Assembly (NCBI GenBank): GCA_051942245.1
Contig: JAVECL010000124.1
Coordinates: 1-48,183, forward strand
Direction of reading: 5' to 3'
Length of the DNA stretch: 48,183 nucleotides
Origin: Trypethelium eluteriae
Lineage: Eukaryota
How positions within the stretch are numbered: the first letter of the stretch is position 1; each line of letters begins with the position of its first letter. Below the pieces are notes generated by a model that ran no database searches, had not been told where the DNA came from, and saw only the letters and a list, made by a program, of their open reading frames with translations. The translations under genes were made by a program, and so were the position numbers. Of the stretch, positions 42,984 through 48,183 are shown piece by piece.

Positions 42984-45953
42984 TTACTTTGTGGCCTCCC
43001 CCTCCCATCTGCTCTCGAGCTCCCGCACCCTTTCGTTCGGCTTGCGGGAATCCTCCAGGCGACTCTCGTCGAGGATTATGTCCGGCTCCCCTGTCGCTTC
43101 CATTAATTGTCCATTTTGAGGAGGAACATGGCTGGATCCTGTGCCTTGCAGAATACGGGCCTGAACGATAGCCTTGGCTTGCTCGTAGCGTCCTTGTGCT
43201 GGAAAGGGGAGGCCATGAATTGAATGATTCTCTTGCTCCTGGGCGTGGCGTATACGTTCGTTGAGATGTCGCCCCTTATCGTACATTGTCTCGGGCATGG
43301 TGCCGCTACGGCCGGTATGATGCTCTTGTGCCAACGAAGTGGAGACTGTCGAACTCTCTTTAGGGGGTTTAAACATTGAAAGACCGGCCTGCAGGTAGTC
43401 CTTGAACTGGTCAAAATCGTGGTCAGGCTTGTAAAGTGACTCTGTAAGAATTTGGGAGAGTGTAGATTTCTCTACAGAATCCGCTTTCACGTAGGCGTGA
43501 TCCGCATTAAACCAGCAGGCGTAGAGACGCGCGAGGAGGCAGAGCGTAGCAGACGTAGAGGGATCGACAGCGTTAAGGTATGTTCTACGGAAGCTCTTCG
43601 TTTGCCAAAGCAGCTTCAACACTCCCTGCACGCTGTCATCAACGAACCGCTTATTTGAAGCTAAGAGATTCTTGAGCGATATTCTCTCGGGCTGTCCCAG
43701 GATTATGAACAGGATCTTGATGACTGTTCGGACACTGTCACCACTGTATTCAAGTTTCTTCCAGGGCCAAGCTTGAATATCCCCAATCGAGGCGTCCAAT
43801 GGATTTTCGAGGTGCAGGACCTGCATCAGTGGAAGGGGGCCCGGACGAGGTGGAGGAGGCATATGAGAAGGAGACGCATGGGAGCCTCCAGGAAGCGTAG
43901 GCATGGCCACAGGACCAGGCGCAGGGACGCCTCTGAGAGCAGGGGTAGGAAATGCCCGAGGATCAGGTATCGGAGGGACCCAGCGAGGTGTAGGGTAGAA
44001 ACCGGATGGAAGGTTTGAAGGAACAGCTGCTTTAGCCCTGGGACGCACCATCAGGAATGGTTGCAGTGACGATTTTGAAGGAGAGGCTGGTGCTGCGGGG
44101 CTTGATGGATCAGAGGGAATAGATGTCAAATCGACTACCTCAGCCTTCCCCCTAGGAACAGTAGCTCGTCTTGCTTCAGCATGGATGGGTTTCACGCCGT
44201 TGATGCGGTTATCGTATTCTCTAGTGGTATCCATTGCGGAAGGATCTTCGCGCGCGATGTACGCAGGCGCGGTGACCGTATGAGAACCGCCGCTCGAAAG
44301 TTTCATAGTTATCTCGGGCTCAAAAGGCTCGCCATCCGATGTCTCCATGAATCTGCTGGTGTCCACAGGCGCTTCATCTCGAATTTCCACAGGTGCGCTC
44401 GCATCGGAAGATTCGCAAGTCAAGACATTCCACTGAGAGCATTCACCAGATTGACTATCCGGGGCTTCTTGGAATGCACCGAGCCCAGAAAACTGGACAT
44501 CCCGCGAACTGTTTGCAACTCCATAATTTTGCCACAAGGGATCAGGCTGGATTCCGGTCGCGTTTATATTGGCATCACGTCGATCACCGATAGAGAGATT
44601 TTTGAGACCTTGAGATGGGCTAGTTGCCCTTTTTTGAGTCACGTTTTGCGGGTGGTGACGTTGCGACCTAAGCGTCCAGTCAAACAAGGTATCTTGGATG
44701 TCGAGCAACGTGAAACCACGCTTATTACAGATCTCGGTACTTTGTCCAACCTGCTTCAGTGTCTCCCGAAGTTGCCGAGTATACGTGGAGGGCTGTGTTG
44801 TTTCATTAGTTGATCGTAGTTTGATTCGTATTGTCGGAGTCTTCTTCGGGGTACCACCCCATAGCTTGATCTTCCACTTGCATTCCATGATTTCGAAAAT
44901 TGTTGGCTGCATTGTCTCGCACAGTTGCTCTGACGCCCTTTGAGGGATATTGATCTTGAGTAAGTCCCTCTTAATTTTCGAGAGCCTCGTTTCCAGGCTA
45001 CCCAGCCACTTGGTGACTTTGTTTATGGACTGCCGGCTTCCCTGGGCACGCATCTTGTTCGCCTTACGCTCCAGGATTGGCAGCTGCTCCTGGCTCCATT
45101 GCTGTATGAAACGGGCTTCTTCTTGATCCAAATGAGAAGGAGATAGTCTGCCCTGGGGTTCATCCTCTTCCTCAGCCTCGTCATTCCCCGGTTCCGCCGA
45201 TTCTGCTAATTCTGCCGATTCCAGGTCAAGCTCTGAGTCAGACTCCCCATACGCTGGCAATGACTCATCATCCCATCTCTCTTGAATGATTCTCCAATCA
45301 ATGATATACTGTTTGTAGGCCTTCACTTGTCCTTTTGCCTCACGTGGATCCACTCCATCAAAATAATGAAACTGAAATTCATCGTTTTCATCATCATCAA
45401 GATCAAGCTTCGGTGCATTGCTCCTATCGAAACTGGCATGAGGAAAACTGATATCATCCTGAATGCTGTACACGGGAACTTCCTCTGCTGAATGCCCGAT
45501 GAGATTTCCTTCTCTATCCTGGAATGTTGAGGACGATGGGGCGATCAGTGAAGGAGCCAATTTTCGCGCCCTTTTCCCGTTTCCTTCTTTAGTCAAGCTT
45601 TCTCCAACCCGCTTCTGGGTTTGATCGGGAGCAGTGCTATTAAGCGAGATGGCCAGGAGCGAGCTTTGATATTGCGGAGACCTCGTCCTCAACGCGTTGG
45701 CCAGTGATATCATTAATTGTAGCGTATATGTTGATGTGTAGCACTTCTGCAGAAGGCGAAGGTCTGAGAGCTGGAGGACTGTCCGTCCGTCGGCGCCTAA
45801 ATCATTGATGACTTGTCGAAGTCCCTGAAGACCGTGTAGGGTAGCATCAGACAGCAGCTCAGGAGCTCTAAATTGGCGGGAGAAGGGGAGAAGTGACTCT
45901 TTCAAAGTCCCTTGAGACCAACACCACGGGTCTTCGTCGACCTTCAAGGCCAT
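42984..45953 (-). CDS. 989-aa protein resembling the non-catalytic N-terminal half of the fungal ATRX/Rad54-like SNF2 protein (SAM-like start, acidic tract, helical domain); no helicase motifs; possible short extra 3' exon(s)
   Basis: Very long stop-free ORF, so coding status is clear. Recalled similarity rests on 'EDPWCWS...DGRTVLQL', 'DESLPAYGESDSE', 'FIQQWSQEQLPILERKA' and 'IQAWPWKKLEYSGDSVRTVIK'. The stop overlaps a GTAAGA donor-like site. The family call is tentative. Confidence 0.6.
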   Translation of the reverse strand: MALKVDEDPWCWSQGTLKESLLPFSRQFRAPELLSDATLHGLQGLRQVINDLGADGRTVLQLSDLRLLQKCYTSTYTLQLMISLANALRTRSPQYQSSLLAISLNSTAPDQTQKRVGESLTKEGNGKRARKLAPSLIAPSSSTFQDREGNLIGHSAEEVPVYSIQDDISFPHASFDRSNAPKLDLDDDENDEFQFHYFDGVDPREAKGQVKAYKQYIIDWRIIQERWDDESLPAYGESDSELDLESAELAESAEPGNDEAEEEDEPQGRLSPSHLDQEEARFIQQWSQEQLPILERKANKMRAQGSRQSINKVTKWLGSLETRLSKIKRDLLKINIPQRASEQLCETMQPTIFEIMECKWKIKLWGGTPKKTPTIRIKLRSTNETTQPSTYTRQLRETLKQVGQSTEICNKRGFTLLDIQDTLFDWTLRSQRHHPQNVTQKRATSPSQGLKNLSIGDRRDANINATGIQPDPLWQNYGVANSSRDVQFSGLGAFQEAPDSQSGECSQWNVLTCESSDASAPVEIRDEAPVDTSRFMETSDGEPFEPEITMKLSSGGSHTVTAPAYIAREDPSAMDTTREYDNRINGVKPIHAEARRATVPRGKAEVVDLTSIPSDPSSPAAPASPSKSSLQPFLMVRPRAKAAVPSNLPSGFYPTPRWVPPIPDPRAFPTPALRGVPAPGPVAMPTLPGGSHASPSHMPPPPRPGPLPLMQVLHLENPLDASIGDIQAWPWKKLEYSGDSVRTVIKILFIILGQPERISLKNLLASNKRFVDDSVQGVLKLLWQTKSFRRTYLNAVDPSTSATLCLLARLYACWFNADHAYVKADSVEKSTLSQILTESLYKPDHDFDQFKDYLQAGLSMFKPPKESSTVSTSLAQEHHTGRSGTMPETMYDKGRHLNERIRHAQEQENHSIHGLPFPAQGRYEQAKAIVQARILQGTGSSHVPPQNGQLMEATGEPDIILDESRLEDSRKPNERVRELESRWEGEATK

Positions 45954-46292
45954 ATAAAACACTTTCACTCAGTTGCCTTGGCTAATCTGTCGTCGTTGCG
46001 TAAGAGACTGGCTGTGTTATGTGAATTCGGCGATAGGCTTAATGTGACGGTAGGTTGCCGCCGGAGGCGTCAACGCTGCAGCAGGAAATTTAACGAAGAC
46101 GAGCCACGAGTTTGAGAGAGTGATGACGAAGAGTGAGGCAACCGTAATAGTCATCAGGGCTCGTGACATCGACTGAAGTTATTGGCGAGGAAGGTAGATG
46201 ATGAAGATATGAGCTTGCCGAGACCTTCGCTTGGGCTGTCAGCTTGAACGGATCCTCGAAGCAGGAAGACATCTGTTTCCTGGCTACAGAAA

Positions 46293-46299
46293 TGAGTCA
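46293..46299 (+). promoter_or_regulatory. TGAGTCA Gcn4/CpcA (AP-1-type) site in the divergent promoter upstream of GSH2
   Basis: Exact consensus within ATGAGTCAC, ~490 nt upstream of the GSH2 ATG. A 7-mer can occur by chance. Confidence 0.3.
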
Positions 46300-46784
46300 C
46301 CCGAGACGTAAAAGATTCAACATTCAGAGAAAATGCGTGACGTTTTGCATTTCATGTTAGGTGCACGAGGCTATGGTGGCCGTCGTTGACTTGGGCCGGG
46401 TGTGCATCGCTGCGCCTCGTGACCCCATATAGTTTTCCTTCTCATTAGACCACAGAATATGAAGAAGGGTCGTACTTTACTTCGAGTGAAGGATGCTAGT
46501 TATTTAGAATTGCCATCTGTAGGATGCAGAGGGTCCGGCGTGGTGTTATAGAGACGCGTAGGACAGAACCAATGCTGGTTAGATTGACGTCGGGCATGTG
46601 GGCAAAACACCGCCGCTCACATAATCAGATCAAGACTGCCCACCAGCGCCAGCCCATGTCCCCGTTATGGTGCAATCATGACTGCCGGCTTCTTTCAGAG
46701 TGTTCATTATGACCTTTTAGCAGGCACGTCATGCAAGGGTTTGTGTAGCTAGATACTTTTGCACAATTTCCCAAGGTCTATACC

Positions 46785-48183
46785 ATGGCTACCTCTATTT
46801 ACCCACAGTATCCACCAGACTTGACTGGTGAACAGAAGAGCTATCTCCTGACCAATTTGATAGACTGGTCTATAGCTCATGGTCTGACCGTCAAGCCGCC
46901 GCCATCTTTCGTCTCTGCAAATCAAGACCCTCTTGGTGTCCTAGCAACACCAGCACCTGTTACCCTCTTTCCTAGCCTCTTTCCTCAGCGATGCTTCGAC
47001 GAGGCTCTTGCTATTCAGGAGTCATACAATGAGCTATACTCGGCCATAGCAAGAGATGAGGACTGGCTCAAAAGCATCGTTGAGGAGTAGGTGCTTTGTG
47101 TTTGCTCTGTCTTGCCGTTTCGAGTAGAGTGTTGCAGAGCGATTCGTAGGTTCTTCAACCATATCAGGACCACAATGTTTCCTCGTTTTGCCCTTCGGCC
47201 TCTGGCACTTGCTCTCAATGCTTCCTTTGAATAGAATAAACCCTACAATAGCACTTCATCATCGTTGCATCCAGACTGACAGGTACCATTTGCAGACTAC
47301 TAGACATTGACGACTTCGTCTCCCAGTTATGGAATATTCACCTTACTGTGAAGAAGGAGGGTTATGCTCAGGTAAGAGTGGTAACAACGAAGCGTAAGTC
47401 CTGTGCTCACTGCTAGCAGAATCTCGCCCTTGGCATGTTTCGCTCTGACTACATGGTGCATGTGGATTCTACTGCAACAAAGCCCGAACCGGAAATCAAG
47501 CAGGTTGAGTTCAACACGATCGCCTCCTCATTCGGTGGACTCTCAGCTCAAGTAACCGCGATGCACCGGCATCTTGTGGCAATCGACGCCTATCCACCGG
47601 AGATATCTGCACTTCTAAAGACCACAGAGTCACTAGGCATCAAGCAGAGCAGATCAAACACGTCTCTGGCGGCTGGACTTGGAGCTGCTCATCGTGCATA
47701 TGGCACATCAAAAGCAAGTCTTCCCCTCTGCGTAATCTTCCTGGTGCAAGATCTAGAAAGAAATGCCTTTGACCAACGCCACCTCGAGTATTCCCTCCTC
47801 CACGACCAAGGAACTCGCTCCTTCCGCCTGCCTTTCGACCGCATCCTCACCGACACGAAGCTCACTTCTGACCGCACCCTCCTTTACATTCCTCCACATT
47901 CCCCCAGCACCTCTCACGAAGTCACCACCATCTACTTCCGCGCCGGCTACTCCCCATCCGACTACACAACTCCCGACGCCTGGGCCGCGCGCCTCCACCT
48001 CGAACGCAGCGCCGCCATCAAATGCCCCAGCATCCTCACCCACCTCGCCGGCAGCAAAAAAGTCCAACAAGTCCTCGCCACCCCTTCTTCTCCACACCTC
48101 TCGCGCTTCCTCACCTCCCCCGCCACCCGCGCCCGCATCCTCAACACCTTCGCGCCCATCTACCCGCTCGACACTTCCGCCGC
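46785..48183 (+). CDS. GSH2: Glutathione synthetase, 5' part (exons 46785-47086, 47296-47371, 47420 to beyond the window end)
   Basis: 'DWSIAHGL', 'APVTLFPSLFP', 'YNELYSAIA', 'LGMFRSDYMVH', 'KQVEFNTIASSFGGLS', 'ERNAFDQRHLEY', 'IYFRAGYSP', 'ERSAAIKCPSILTHLAGSKKVQQVLA'. In-phase GT-AG introns. Confidence 0.96.

Noticed and set aside
46090..46272. 60-aa minus-strand ORF (MSSCFEDPF...) as an extra 5' exon of the 989-aa gene
   Set aside because: No convincing in-phase donor/acceptor pair was found, and an in-frame stop lies just upstream of the main ORF.
21120..48183. Possible functional 'stress' cluster (trehalose phosphorylase, Tup1, Azf1, Erg3, Gsh2)
   Set aside because: These are unrelated housekeeping pathways with wide spacing. 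Nothing in the sequence indicates co-regulation beyond ordinary gene order.

Overview
Eukaryotic, intron-containing DNA from a filamentous ascomycete (Pezizomycotina), judged from GT-AG introns of mostly 50-100 nt with CTRAY-type branch points, a HET-domain gene, and Tup1/Azf1/Erg3 homologues. About 12 protein genes can be supported. In order: 5' part of a probable ERF4/golgin-A7-like gene (-, truncated by the window start); an accessory-looking block at 3-11 kb (GrpB-family nucleotidyltransferase-fold protein, an uncharacterised F-box-like protein, and a Nudix hydrolase head-to-head with a HET-domain cell-death gene); DUF4203/TM7S3-like membrane protein; ABC-F ATPase Arb1; trehalose phosphorylase/synthase (ccg-9-like); co-repressor Tup1/RcoA; a ~9.2 kb gene-poor stretch; C2H2 factor Azf1; sterol C-5 desaturase Erg3; a 989-aa protein resembling the N-terminal half of a fungal SNF2/ATRX-like protein without the ATPase; and glutathione synthetase (+, truncated by the window end). 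The best leads are (1) the divergent Nudix-HET pair as a candidate NAD+/ADP-ribose-based allorecognition or immunity module, (2) two candidate non-AUG starts (ACG in ERF4 with a 767-nt AUG-free stretch, CUG in AZF1), (3) an ERG3 promoter carrying a 5x9-bp tandem array, a CGG-N12-CCG site and a CCAAT box, and (4) the helicase-less SNF2 N-terminal homologue. All family calls come from motif recognition by eye; no searches were run. No tRNA, rRNA, CRISPR array or intact transposon was recognised.
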